This document shows, piece by piece, positions 31,674-41,957 of a DNA stretch of 64,000 bases (position 1 is the stretch's first letter; every line of letters begins with the position of its first letter). Source of the DNA: Acidobacteriota bacterium (GTDB taxonomy: Bacteria; Acidobacteriota; UBA890; WLXD01); assembly GCA_963666055.2 (NCBI GenBank), contig CAXWPH010000006.1:224001-288000 (forward strand), read 5' to 3'. The translations under genes were made by a program, and so were the position numbers. The notes under the pieces were generated by a model that worked only from the letters and a program-made list of their open reading frames with translations, searched no databases and was not told the DNA's origin.

Positions 31674-32821
31674 GCAAACCGGAGGCACCCGACGTGGCCT
31701 TTTCATTGCTGCACACCGCCGACTGGCATCTCGGACGCCGGTTCCCGAGGTTCCCGGAGGAGGACGAGCAGAAGCTCACGCGTGCTCGACGCGAGGTCGT
31801 GACCAAGATCCTCGACCTGGCTGAAAGCCGCCGCGTGGATGCCGTGCTGTGCGCCGGCGACCTATTCGATGAGTATGCCCCGGACTCGCAGTGGTGGAAG
31901 GCCGTGGTTGAGGACCTCGCCAGGCGTAAGTGGACCCGTCAGGTGGTCCTGCTCCCCGGCAACCACGATCCGCTCGTTTCCCGATCGGTCTACGAGCCGA
32001 GCCATGCTTTCCGCCGAGGACTGCCTCCGTTCGTGCACGTGGTCGATCGTCCGGACTTCGAGCTCGAGCTCGCCGATAACGTCGTGCTCTATGCGGTGCC
32101 TTGCACCTCTCACGCCGGGCAGAACGACCCGGCGTTGCAGCTTCCAGCCCGTGCGCCCGGCGACGAGCGCATCCGCATCGGCCTCGTTCACGGCCAGACC
32201 TTCGACATTGAGGGGCACCAGACGAATTTCCCCATCGCGCGTGACGCTGCGCAGCAACGCGGTCTCGATTACCTCGCCATCGGTGACACGCACGGCTTCC
32301 GCGACGTCCAACCCGATGCGCCGGTTCCCACTGTGTATCCGGGCGCGCCCGAGCCGGCCACGTTCGGGGAAACCGACGCCGGCCACGTTGCCCTGACCTT
32401 CTTCCCGCGCGATCGGCGCCGCCGGGCCATCGTCGAATCGCACCGGGTCGGCACGTGGCAGTGGAGCGAGCAGACCTGCAGCTCGATCGAGGAGCTGAGG
32501 GCGCTGAAGTCCGATGATTCTCTGCGCAAGTGCGTGCTGAAGTTGCAGATCGAGATGCGCCTGCCTATCACTGAGTACGACGAAGCCGGGGCGATCCTTA
32601 GCGAGCTGCAGGGCTCCCTCGCTGCGCATCCCCGTGTGGGCGTCCTGCTCGCCGACCGCACCGGGCTGCGCCTGGAGCCACCCGGGCAGAAGGACTTCCC
32701 CGACGACCTTCCCCCCGTCCTCAAGTCGACCATCGAGCGGCTGGTTGCCGCAGCCGACCAGGAACCTGAGCGCGCCGAGCGCGCCCTGCACCACCTCTTC
32801 CAGCTCGTGAAGGGACGGTAG
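31670..32821 (+). CDS. Mre11/SbcD (YhaO-like) metallophosphoesterase nuclease
   Basis: HTADWHLG, AGDLFD, PGNHD, VHG, LAIGDTH, YPGAPE; ATG overlaps the SNF2 stop (ATGA). Confidence 0.9.
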   Translation: MSKPEAPDVAFSLLHTADWHLGRRFPRFPEEDEQKLTRARREVVTKILDLAESRRVDAVLCAGDLFDEYAPDSQWWKAVVEDLARRKWTRQVVLLPGNHDPLVSRSVYEPSHAFRRGLPPFVHVVDRPDFELELADNVVLYAVPCTSHAGQNDPALQLPARAPGDERIRIGLVHGQTFDIEGHQTNFPIARDAAQQRGLDYLAIGDTHGFRDVQPDAPVPTVYPGAPEPATFGETDAGHVALTFFPRDRRRRAIVESHRVGTWQWSEQTCSSIEELRALKSDDSLRKCVLKLQIEMRLPITEYDEAGAILSELQGSLAAHPRVGVLLADRTGLRLEPPGQKDFPDDLPPVLKSTIERLVAAADQEPERAERALHHLFQLVKGR

Positions 32822-32824
32822 CCC

Positions 32825-35800
32825 GTGTGGTTGCGGCGTCTCGTGGTGCACTCGTTCGCCGGCATCAAGCACGCCGACATCAAGCTCGACCAGGGCCTGA
32901 ACGTCCTGTACGGTCCCAACGAGCTGGGCAAGTCGACGCTGGTGCAGGCCATTCGCGCGGCGTTACTGTTGCCCGACAGCTCCGCCGCCCATCGCGACCT
33001 CATCGACTGGCACGACGACCAGCCGCCGCGAGTGGAGCTGACCGTCGAGACGGATCGCCAGCGCATCTATCGCATCAAGAAGAGCTTTGGCTCGGGCGCC
33101 GACGGCTCGAGCCTCCTGGAGTTCTCCAAGGACGGCGAGAGCTTCGTCCTGGAGGCAAAGGGCCGGGATGTTGACGGGCAGGTGCGCGAGCTGCTCGAGT
33201 GGGGAATCGCGCAACCGGGAGGCGGCGGCGGCAAGCATGGGTGGCCCGAAGCCTTCCTCACCACGGCCCTCATCGGCACCCAGGACGAAGTGGAAGCCGT
33301 GCTCGAACGCGGCCTCGACGGCGATGCCAACGAGTCGGGAAAGCAACGGCTCACCCGAGCACTACAGGCTATGGCCGAGAGTCCCGAGTTCCGGCGGGTC
33401 CTCGCTGCCGCTCAGGTGAAGGTCGATGAGGCGTATACGCCCAAGGGAAGGCGGAAGCGGAGCAAGGGCTCGCCCTGGACCGAGATCCAGAGCCGCCTGA
33501 AACTCGCTCGGGATGAGCAGGACGCCGCGCGCAGGCTGGTGAACGACAGTCTCTCCGCAGGTGCAGGAGTCGAGGAGATCGCGGAGACGCTCGCAGGAGC
33601 GAGTACCCAGCAGGCAGAGGCAGAGGCGGCGAGCCAGCTGCTGCAGGTGGCATGTCGGCAGAACGAGGCCCGCACCGCCGCGGCACGCTTCCTGGCCGAC
33701 GCGGAGAAGACCCGCGATCGGGTCCAGGCCTACTACACGGCTGTCGAGGAAACCGGGGCCGTGCTCAAGACCGCAGAGGCCGCTCTGCACGACGCCAATG
33801 CCGCGACGGCAGCAGCCCAGACCGCGCTCGACACCGCCGAAGAGCAAGTCACTGCCGCGTCCAAGCACCTGGTGAAGCTCGAGAGCGGCAGCGCCGAGCA
33901 AGAACGGAAGATCCAGCGGCAGGAGATCGAGAAGAAACTGCTCGCTTTCGACGCGGCCAGGAAGGACGGCGAGCGAGAACTCGAGCTTGCGAACCTGGCG
34001 GCTGTGGCGCACCGGAAGGCCGACGAGCTGGCGAGCGGGGTCGAGGCGAGCGAGAAGCGGCTGAACGACGCCGGCGATCTCCTGCAACGGGCCGAGACCC
34101 AGACTACTGGCGACCAGGTCGCCTTGGCCAAGCTTGAACAACTGGAGCTCGCCGATACTTTGGCAGCCGCCATCGCGGATCTGACCACGGCGCGCGCGGA
34201 CACCGAGGCCGTTGCCAAGCTTCGCCACGAGGCGGCGGCAAGGAGACAGGAGGCCCAGGTCATCCGATCGCGAATCGAGGCGCTGGCTGTCCCCGACGAG
34301 AAGGCCCTGAGCGAGCTGGGGCAGCAACTTCATTCGCTACAGATCGCCGAGGGTAAACTTCAGGTTGGCCTCTCCGTGCGCATTGCGCCTAAGAAACCTC
34401 TGGACATGTCCGTTGCCGCAGACTCGGCCAAGCCGATCGCGCACCATCTGGCAGACGAGAAGACATTCGAGGCCGAAGGACACCTCATAGTCGACCTGGC
34501 AGGAATCGCCGAGGTGGAGGTCACGGGTGGTAGCGCGGCCCTACGTCAGGAAGCGCAGGAGATGCGGCAGCGCTGGAACCACGAGGTCACGCTCATCCTT
34601 AGTGCTGCCAAGGTCGAGTCATTCGAACAGCTCCTGGACGCCTCCGAGCGAGCGACGAAAGAACTCGGGCAAGCCGCCGCCCTGGATGCCGAGGCTGACC
34701 AGGCAGAAGCCCGGGCGCGAGGAGCCGGCGATGCCGAGACTCGCCTCGCCGTAGCAGAGCGCTCCGAACGAGAAGCGCGCGTACAGCTCGACGCGCAGTT
34801 GACGGCTGGCGACTCCTTCGAGCGCCTGCTTGAGGAGGCGCTCGAGGCCGGCGACCCCGAAGCCGCCGAGAAGGAGAGACAGGCCCTAGAGCAGAACATC
34901 GCGAAGCGAAACGACCAGGCCGGTGCCCTCCGAACACAGGTAGCACGGGACGAGAGCACCCTCGAGTCCGCTAACCGCGAACTCGAAGCGCAACGTCGAG
35001 ACTGCAAAGCAGCCGATGCGAGACTAAGCGGTCCATTTCAGGACGTTCTCGCCCGCGCCCAGGGCACACTCGCCAAGATCACGTCGGACCGGACCTCGCA
35101 CGAGGCGGAGCTGAAGAAGCTTGGCACGAGCGCGAGCGCGACAATCGATGCAGCTCGCGAGAAGCAAGAGGTCGCCCAAACTCGGGCCGACCAGGCAAGG
35201 GAGCTCCTCGAGCAGAAGACCGACGCGGCATCGAAGGCTCAGTCGGCGGTCACAAGGTCCGCCGCACAACTCGACGAGCGCAAGACAAGAGCCGCCGACG
35301 AAGACCTGCCAGCCGCAGAGCGCCTCGTAGAAGAGCTACGCAAGGCGCTGAAGAAGCTGCCTCGACCGACGGTAGATGTCGACGACGAGCAACTCGCGGC
35401 CGCACACGAGCTAGTGAAGCGAACCACCAACGCCGTCCGCGATCTCGAGAGCGAGCGGAGCAAACGCGAGGGCGCCCTGGAGACGGTGGGCGGCCAGTAC
35501 ATCCAGGACCGACTCGACCGAGCGGAAGAAGCCGTCGAGTCGATCAGCGATCTCGAACACCTGACCGAAATCGAGTACTCCTCATGGCAGCTCCTCCTTG
35601 AAACGCTGAGGATCGCCGAGAGCGAAGACGCTGTTCACCTCGGGGATGCGGTGGTGAGGCCCATCGAGGAACGAGTCGCCGCTCTCACCCAGGGGCGCTA
35701 CGACACCGTCTCCGTAGGCCCTCATCTCGACGACATCAGCCTCACCCTGGCTGGAGCAGCGCGCGACCAGACCTCGCTGTCCATCGGCACCCGCGACCAG

Positions 35801-36064
35801 CTCGCCACTCTACTCCGCCTCACCATCGCCGAGACGCTCGAGACCGCCGTAATCCTCGACGACCAACTGGTGCACAGCGACATCGGCCGCATGAACCGTC
35901 TCGCAGAGTTGATCTACCGCTGCGCAGACAAGTCACAGATTCTCGTGTTCACGTGCCGGCGGGAAGAATACGAGGTCGAGAACTACACCGCCAAAGCGAA
36001 CTGGGTAGACCTTAGGAGAGTGGTTGAACGCAGCGGGGCTGACGAGATAGCAGGAGAAGTGTAG
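32825..36064 (+). CDS. Rad50/SbcC (YhaN-like) ABC ATPase with long coiled coil
   Basis: GPNELGKS, ~700-aa coiled coil, signature LSIGTRDQ, Walker B/D-loop ILDDQLVHSD; starts 3 bp after the nuclease stop. Confidence 0.88.
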   Translation: MWLRRLVVHSFAGIKHADIKLDQGLNVLYGPNELGKSTLVQAIRAALLLPDSSAAHRDLIDWHDDQPPRVELTVETDRQRIYRIKKSFGSGADGSSLLEFSKDGESFVLEAKGRDVDGQVRELLEWGIAQPGGGGGKHGWPEAFLTTALIGTQDEVEAVLERGLDGDANESGKQRLTRALQAMAESPEFRRVLAAAQVKVDEAYTPKGRRKRSKGSPWTEIQSRLKLARDEQDAARRLVNDSLSAGAGVEEIAETLAGASTQQAEAEAASQLLQVACRQNEARTAAARFLADAEKTRDRVQAYYTAVEETGAVLKTAEAALHDANAATAAAQTALDTAEEQVTAASKHLVKLESGSAEQERKIQRQEIEKKLLAFDAARKDGERELELANLAAVAHRKADELASGVEASEKRLNDAGDLLQRAETQTTGDQVALAKLEQLELADTLAAAIADLTTARADTEAVAKLRHEAAARRQEAQVIRSRIEALAVPDEKALSELGQQLHSLQIAEGKLQVGLSVRIAPKKPLDMSVAADSAKPIAHHLADEKTFEAEGHLIVDLAGIAEVEVTGGSAALRQEAQEMRQRWNHEVTLILSAAKVESFEQLLDASERATKELGQAAALDAEADQAEARARGAGDAETRLAVAERSEREARVQLDAQLTAGDSFERLLEEALEAGDPEAAEKERQALEQNIAKRNDQAGALRTQVARDESTLESANRELEAQRRDCKAADARLSGPFQDVLARAQGTLAKITSDRTSHEAELKKLGTSASATIDAAREKQEVAQTRADQARELLEQKTDAASKAQSAVTRSAAQLDERKTRAADEDLPAAERLVEELRKALKKLPRPTVDVDDEQLAAAHELVKRTTNAVRDLESERSKREGALETVGGQYIQDRLDRAEEAVESISDLEHLTEIEYSSWQLLLETLRIAESEDAVHLGDAVVRPIEERVAALTQGRYDTVSVGPHLDDISLTLAGAARDQTSLSIGTRDQLATLLRLTIAETLETAVILDDQLVHSDIGRMNRLAELIYRCADKSQILVFTCRREEYEVENYTAKANWVDLRRVVERSGADEIAGEV

Positions 36065-36313
36065 CTGTGAGGCCTCTGAGGAAGCCGATCACAACGTCAG
36101 GCCCCCCGTCACGGCACGACTTTCGAATCTGTGGGTCCGGTGATTCCGATGGCGTGCGATTCACTGCCATGGAGAGTTGGTCGACGGGCCGCGTCACTAG
36201 TGGTGGTGATCGGCCACGAAGCAGAACTGGACCGGGGCCGCCGTCTTGTCCGCCGATCGCGATCGAGGGAGGGAATTCGGGATGAGGATTCGGCGGGCGC
36301 CTGCGAGGCTTCT

Positions 36314-38431
36314 ATGGGCGTAGCGATAACGCTGGTCTTCCTAGCGATCGTGATCGCTTTGGCCTTTCGGAACTCAGGCCGTGCCGCGCGTACCGCCCCC
36401 ACCGCTAGCACGCGGCGATCACCCCCCAAACGATCGAGGCCCCAGCAGGGAGGCTCTGCCCGCAACGCTTGGCTGTCCGGCGACCTGCAGCAGATGATTG
36501 GGGCGCTGGCCGCTAAAGCGAAGTTGGTGGATCGCCACTTCCTGCTGATGACGATCGTCCAGCAGACGTATCGTCAGCGCGCCGACCCGACGATGGCAGA
36601 CAAGTGCGCGGAAGTCGCCCAGCTTCACCTGGATGAGTTTGATCAGATCAAACCCGCGCTCAAACGTGACATGGGGTTCCTGCCGCATGTTCCGACGTTT
36701 CAGCACTATGCGACGCTCCTCACAGAGCGTGGTGACTTCGAACGTGCGATGAATGTGTGTGAGGCAGCGATTGGGCATGGGCTCGACGATGGCACAAAGG
36801 GCGGCTACAGAGGCCGCATCGAGCGCATTAAGAAGATGCGCGCCAAAGCGAAGCTTGCTAGTGGCGCCGCTGCTGAGACATCTGGCACGCCGACCACGCG
36901 CGCAAAGCAGGTGGTTCCCTCAACCGACTTGCCGCAGATCGTTGAAACGTTGGCGACATCGCATCAGAAACGAACGCGGGTCCAAACCGCACGCGTACTC
37001 GATCTGGAAGGTGTGCCGTTTGTCGGGCTGCCACGGGCCCCAGCTCGGTGGGAGGAGCGCGATACAGCCAAGGCTCAGAGGGAAGACGATGGTGCCGAGG
37101 ACTTCTTCGAGCTCCTGGGCCAGCCTGGCTGGGAGCTCTTGGAGCCCGAGAAGTTGCCCATGACCGAGCGACCGGACCCCGCATACCGGCGTCATTTCTC
37201 GGCTCGATCGGGCACATTCCTGGTGGATGACCTGGGCCGCGCGAAGGCACATTCGGGCGCGCCGTGTTCGGTGATGAGCTTCGGGGCTCAGGGCGAACCC
37301 TTGGCCGAACGAGCCCTAGCATGGGACCTCTATCGTTTGCAGGTGAATCCTTTAGGCGCTGGGCTCGCCGGAATCTCCAGGAACCACGTCCTGCACTGTT
37401 ACGACGAGCGGCTGACGACGCTCGCGGCAGTACCTCTCGCAGAGACACCTGAAGTTCGTGCGGCGAAGTCACGCCTGGAGATCCCGGACCTAGAACTCCA
37501 TAGGCATATTCGCACGGGCGCGCTTCGGCCAGATGGGAAGGCGTACTTGTTCTCGGTTGTGGACGAGGCGTTCGCGGTGGGCATAGAAGGCGATCCGTTA
37601 TTCGGCGTGCGGATGCCTCACCAGGATGGCTGGGAGCAAGTCGGGTCGATCACTTCGCGCTCTGGTTCGAGCACCGAACTCGATCAGGCGATGAGCGCGC
37701 TCGGGCTGGCCTATCCGTTTGACTCCCAAGACGTCAAAGGGCGATATCGCCAGCTGGTCAAGGAATGGCACCCCGACAAGAATCCGGGCAGAGAGCAGGA
37801 GGCGGCGTCAGAGTTCCGGAAAGTCGTGTCAGCTGCGGAACTCCTGTCTGGTCTCGACATGTCCGAATTCGCTGCCCCCGAAGAACGAGCCGTGTACCGC
37901 AAGACGCTTGGTGAACGAGGAGAAATCAGCGCTGCAGGCGCCTCGATATCGTTCGAAATGTCGATCACCGGCGACGCGCGATCGGCAGCCGATTGGATCT
38001 ACGCCGCTTCCTTCAGCGCCTCGGGTGGAGCATTTGTGGCCGGGTACTCCGGGAAGATCGTCGAACTGGATCAGACGGGACAGCCCACGCGCCTTTTTGC
38101 TACCTCGAGTGTGCCGCGAAGAATCGCCGACACCGGAGACTATCTCTACTTCCTCACTGATACTCGCCTCTATGTGATTCGCGGCACGCGCCTGTGCCGT
38201 GTAGTTGACGTGTTTGACAACGGCGAACTCGTGGTGGGCGAAACAGGTTTCGGCCTCCTGGGTAAGAAGGCGTTCCGCTGGTACTCAGAGGACGGACGTT
38301 TCGCGGGCGGAATCCGAACGAAACACCCGCTGCGCCGGATCTATCCGACTGCACAAGGCTGGCGAGCCGAGACGCGACAGCACCGAGCAGAATTGCGGAA
38401 CGTGCCGGCGTGGCGGGAACAAACGGCGTGA
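36314..38431 (+). CDS. Membrane-anchored protein with TPR-like, beta-rich and DnaJ (J) domains
   Basis: N-terminal TM MGVAITLVFLAIVIALAF; helical FQHYATLLTERGDFERAMNVCEAAI; J-domain VKGRYRQLVKEWHPDKN...EFRKV. Confidence 0.7.
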   Translation: MGVAITLVFLAIVIALAFRNSGRAARTAPTASTRRSPPKRSRPQQGGSARNAWLSGDLQQMIGALAAKAKLVDRHFLLMTIVQQTYRQRADPTMADKCAEVAQLHLDEFDQIKPALKRDMGFLPHVPTFQHYATLLTERGDFERAMNVCEAAIGHGLDDGTKGGYRGRIERIKKMRAKAKLASGAAAETSGTPTTRAKQVVPSTDLPQIVETLATSHQKRTRVQTARVLDLEGVPFVGLPRAPARWEERDTAKAQREDDGAEDFFELLGQPGWELLEPEKLPMTERPDPAYRRHFSARSGTFLVDDLGRAKAHSGAPCSVMSFGAQGEPLAERALAWDLYRLQVNPLGAGLAGISRNHVLHCYDERLTTLAAVPLAETPEVRAAKSRLEIPDLELHRHIRTGALRPDGKAYLFSVVDEAFAVGIEGDPLFGVRMPHQDGWEQVGSITSRSGSSTELDQAMSALGLAYPFDSQDVKGRYRQLVKEWHPDKNPGREQEAASEFRKVVSAAELLSGLDMSEFAAPEERAVYRKTLGERGEISAAGASISFEMSITGDARSAADWIYAASFSASGGAFVAGYSGKIVELDQTGQPTRLFATSSVPRRIADTGDYLYFLTDTRLYVIRGTRLCRVVDVFDNGELVVGETGFGLLGKKAFRWYSEDGRFAGGIRTKHPLRRIYPTAQGWRAETRQHRAELRNVPAWREQTA

Positions 38432-38465
38432 CGCGATGGAGCCGCCGACTTGGTAGTGGATCCAC

Positions 38466-38565
38466 ATGAGGCTTCGTGATGGCCTGGTAAGGCTCTCCGC
38501 AAGCGATCTCGCCAACCATCTCGGATGCCAATACCTAACTTGGCTCAACCTGCTCGTCGCGCCGC
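38466..38565 (+). pseudogene. 5' stub of a TM0106-family RecB-like nuclease/helicase
   Basis: MRLRDGLVRLSASDLANHLGCQYLTWL resembles the N-terminus of this family; protein-like sequence ends just before the repeated promoter. Confidence 0.5.
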
Positions 38566-38623
38566 CAGCTTTAGATCGCCGTCGGGGCGGACCCACGACC
38601 ACCGCGCCAGGTGAATCAATCTT

Positions 38624-38668
38624 CCGTGGACCCCCGCGTGCCCCAGCGATAGGCTTCAGGCGCTCACC
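38624..38668 (+). promoter_or_regulatory. Repeated sigma70-like promoter, copy 1
   Basis: TGGACC(38627)-N17-TAGGCT(38650)-TCAGGCGCTCACC. Confidence 0.65.
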
Positions 38669-38709
38669 CGGGTCACTAGACGAGTGACTCCATTTCCGAG
38701 AGGCCACCG

Positions 38710-40704
38710 ATGAGTATCCGAACTATTGCTGCGGGATTCTTTGTGCTCGCCCTGATCGTGTACCTGGTGCTCATCTTCTTGCGTTCTTCTTCGCCGGCGA
38801 TAGCTGCGCAGTCGAGCGCTCATCCGCTGGATCCTCTTTCCCCAGAAGAGCTATCTACGGCCGTCGAGCTGCTCGCTGCGGCCGGTCACGTCGACGAAGA
38901 AACGCGCTACCCGATCATCAACTTGCAGGAGCCCCCGAAGTCAGAGGTGTTGAGCTGGGAACAGGGTGATCCAATTCGGCGCACGGCGTTCGCCGTGGTC
39001 AAGCAAGGTCCTCGGGTGTTCGAAGCGGTCGTCGATCTGACCGGGCGGGAGGTGACGAGCTGGATGGAAGTCGAGGGAGTCCAGCCGAACTTGATGGAGA
39101 GCGAGTTTCTCGGCGGCGGCGAGGTAATCAAATCCCATCCCGAGTTCCAGGAGGCGATGCGTCGCCGGGGAATCACCGACTTCGGTTCGGTGTTCTGTGT
39201 AGCGGTTTCGCCAGGTTATTACGGCCTCGCCGAGGAAGAGGGCCGCCGTGTCGCCAAGACGTTGTGCTACGACATGAGCGACGCTAGGAATTTCTGGGGA
39301 CGCCCGATCGAGGGAGTCACAGCAGTAGTCGACCTCGATACCTTCGAGGTGATCAAGCTGATCGACACGGGACCCGTTCCTATTCCCACGGCGCCGGTGG
39401 ACATCGACGAAGCAGCGGTCGGCTCCGTTCGGGAGGTCCCCACGCCGATTTCGGTCGATCAACCCGACGGTCCCAGCTTCGACATCAGCGGCCAGCAAGT
39501 GGCCTGGCAGAAGTGGAAGTTCCACTTTCGGATCGATCCGCGCGTCGGCCTTGTCGTCTCCCGAGTGCGTTATACCGACGGTGATCGCGAGCGCTCGATT
39601 CTCTATCAAGGCGCTCTCTCCGAGCTGGTCGTTCCTTATATGGACCCGGACATCGGCTGGTACTTCCGCACCTACATGGATGCCGGGGAGTTCCTGGTCG
39701 GCATCAACGCGGTTCCGTTGGTGCCAGGTTTGGACTGTCCCGACAATGCCGTTTACTTCGGCGCTGCGATAGCCGACGAACGCGGCAATCCTGTGGCTAA
39801 GGAGAGAGCCTCCTGCCTGTTCGAGCGCTACGCCGGGGACGTTGCCTGGCGTCACTGGGACATGGTGTCCGGTGAGACGGAAGTGCGCCGTAAGCGCGAT
39901 CTGGTTCTTCGGTCGGTCTCGACCATCGGCAACTACGACTACACCTTCGACTGGACCTTTCAGCAGGACGGAACCATCCGGGTGGCGGTGGGATCAAGCG
40001 GCATGGAGCAGGTCAAGGCGGTCGAAGGCCGCACGGCAAACGACAGCGACCGGAATGGAGCGACCAGGTACGGGCGCTTCGTGGACGAGCACATCGTGGC
40101 GATCAACCACGATCACTTCTTCAACTTCAGGCTCGACCTGGACGTCGATGGCACTGCCAACAGCTTCCTCCGCGAGGATCTCGTCACCGAAGCCATTGGG
40201 GACGAAAGCCCGCGCAAGAGCATCTGGGTCATCGATCCCGAGATCGCCCGGAGCGAGAACCAGGCCAAGTTGCAGATCAGCCTGGAGCGACCCGCACTGT
40301 GGCGCGTCATCAATCCCGACGTCCGGGGTCCTGTCGGCTATCCGCGAAGCTACGAGATCAAGCCCGGCGCAAACGCCGTTTCCTTGCTCCTGCGGGACGA
40401 CTTCCCACAGCGCCGGGCCGGGTTCACCGACCATCACCTCTGGGTCACGCCCTACCACGCCGAGGAGCGCTACGCTGCCGGTGACTACCCGGGTCAGAGC
40501 AAAGGCGGCGCCGGTTTACCAACGTGGACGAGCGGCGATCGGGCCATCGAACGAACCGACATCGTGGTCTGGTACACGCTGGGCTTTCATCACGTGGTGC
40601 GTGCCGAAGACTGGCCGGTGCTGCCGACTGCTTGGAAGTCCTTCGAGCTGCGACCGTTCGATTTCTTCGACAGAAACCCGGCGCTGGATCTTCCGGAGCG
40701 CTGA
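38710..40704 (+). CDS. tynA: Copper/TPQ primary amine oxidase, secreted or anchored
   Basis: HPLDPL start, TIGNYDY topaquinone motif, HDH and GFHH copper ligands, EDWPVLP, LRPFDFFDRNP. Confidence 0.9.
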   Translation: MSIRTIAAGFFVLALIVYLVLIFLRSSSPAIAAQSSAHPLDPLSPEELSTAVELLAAAGHVDEETRYPIINLQEPPKSEVLSWEQGDPIRRTAFAVVKQGPRVFEAVVDLTGREVTSWMEVEGVQPNLMESEFLGGGEVIKSHPEFQEAMRRRGITDFGSVFCVAVSPGYYGLAEEEGRRVAKTLCYDMSDARNFWGRPIEGVTAVVDLDTFEVIKLIDTGPVPIPTAPVDIDEAAVGSVREVPTPISVDQPDGPSFDISGQQVAWQKWKFHFRIDPRVGLVVSRVRYTDGDRERSILYQGALSELVVPYMDPDIGWYFRTYMDAGEFLVGINAVPLVPGLDCPDNAVYFGAAIADERGNPVAKERASCLFERYAGDVAWRHWDMVSGETEVRRKRDLVLRSVSTIGNYDYTFDWTFQQDGTIRVAVGSSGMEQVKAVEGRTANDSDRNGATRYGRFVDEHIVAINHDHFFNFRLDLDVDGTANSFLREDLVTEAIGDESPRKSIWVIDPEIARSENQAKLQISLERPALWRVINPDVRGPVGYPRSYEIKPGANAVSLLLRDDFPQRRAGFTDHHLWVTPYHAEERYAAGDYPGQSKGGAGLPTWTSGDRAIERTDIVVWYTLGFHHVVRAEDWPVLPTAWKSFELRPFDFFDRNPALDLPER

Positions 40705-40754
40705 GGCCCCGGCGGGTAGGAGGCAGGTCGTCTAGATCGGGCCTACCACCGACC

Positions 40755-40823
40755 CCGTGGACCCTCGCCCGCCTCAGCGATAGGCTTCAGGCGCTCACCT
40801 AGCCCTCTGTGTTAGCGGATGGA
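40755..40823 (+). promoter_or_regulatory. Repeated promoter copy 2 with degenerate kinase leader
   Basis: TGGACC(40758)-N17-TAGGCT(40781), then CCCTCTGTGTTAGCGGATGGA, resembling the leader-ATG of the kinase copies. Confidence 0.65.
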
Positions 40824-40898
40824 TGCGTATCTGGGTGATCTAGCTCGGGAGCGGTTTCTCGGGCACAAGAAGAATTGAAGTATCACAACGAGTGACGC

Positions 40899-41948
40899 AT
40901 GCCGCTTATCCGCGTTGGCGCAGCTGGGGCCGAGTTTCTAGAAGCAGAGCAATATAAGAGCGAGACAGAGCTTGAGAATGTTCTCGCCGATCATGTGGAC
41001 CTGCTGCGGGAGGGCGACGACCCGAATCTCGCGATGGTTACACGTCAGTTGACACTACCGGGTTCTGGTATTGCCGACCTGGTGCTCGTGGACGCCGCAG
41101 GTGTTCCGATAGTTGTCGAGGTCAAGCTCGGGCGGAACCCACAATCTCGGCGCGAGGTCATCGCTCAGGTCTTCGACTATGCCTCAGCCCTGACCGATTG
41201 GACCGTCGACGAGCTGGATGAGCAGACAGACGGCATGACCGAGGCCGCGCTCCGCTCGCTGCTCGACGAAGACGAAAGTACCTTCAGGGCTAGATGGAGG
41301 GCTGTAGGCACAAATCTGCGTGCCGGGATGGTCCGCGTCATCGTGGCCGTGGATGAACAGACCGAAGAGCTTTCTCGGGTCGTTTCCTTCATCAACGAAC
41401 ATAGCGACTTGGATGTGAGGCTCGTTGTGGTCGAGAAGTATAGGGATCCGAACGGCGACGCCGTCTTCTCGTCGACTACGCCGATTCTGAGCGATGATCA
41501 GATCGCATCCGCTCGGTCCGGCAGTTCTGCTCGCCGACTAGCTGCACGCGAGGGGTTCCAGGCAGTTCTCGATGCATATGATGCGCTTGAGTACCGGCCA
41601 CTGGAGCTTTCCGGACGGGCCCGAAACTACCGCCCGCTCAGGCACCCTGATTGGCCGAAGGCGGTGCACTACGAGTTCCTAGACGCCCGTGGCAATACAA
41701 ACCCGGAGATCCACCTAGAGAGCGACAAGGTCGCAGTCATTGCGCCCGTCTTGAAGACGCTGAGTAACGAGTTACAGGCACAGTTTCCGAACGCGACGTG
41801 CGAGTTCAGTCCCAAGTGGAGTCGGGGCAGAGGACGCCTCCGAATCATCCACGATCAGGAAGCTACGGCTGATCTGATTGCCGAGAACATGGTTCGCCTC
41901 ATCGAGGCAACGAGGGATCGAATCGGCGAAGCGCTACTCGCTCTATAG
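40899..41948 (+). CDS. NucS/EndoMS-like PD-(D/E)xK nuclease domain protein
   Basis: SETELE, ADLVLVD...VVEVKLGRNPQSRREVIAQVFDYAS. Confidence 0.65.
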   Translation: MPLIRVGAAGAEFLEAEQYKSETELENVLADHVDLLREGDDPNLAMVTRQLTLPGSGIADLVLVDAAGVPIVVEVKLGRNPQSRREVIAQVFDYASALTDWTVDELDEQTDGMTEAALRSLLDEDESTFRARWRAVGTNLRAGMVRVIVAVDEQTEELSRVVSFINEHSDLDVRLVVVEKYRDPNGDAVFSSTTPILSDDQIASARSGSSARRLAAREGFQAVLDAYDALEYRPLELSGRARNYRPLRHPDWPKAVHYEFLDARGNTNPEIHLESDKVAVIAPVLKTLSNELQAQFPNATCEFSPKWSRGRGRLRIIHDQEATADLIAENMVRLIEATRDRIGEALLAL

Positions 41949-41957
41949 ATGGTCGAT

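Noticed and set aside
31670-36064. Housekeeping sbcCD, or Wadjet/Lamassu assignment
   Set aside because: Located in a mobile island and coupled to SNF2; no kleisin/KITE/JetD or LmuA/LmuC-like partners recognised, so no gene symbol was given.
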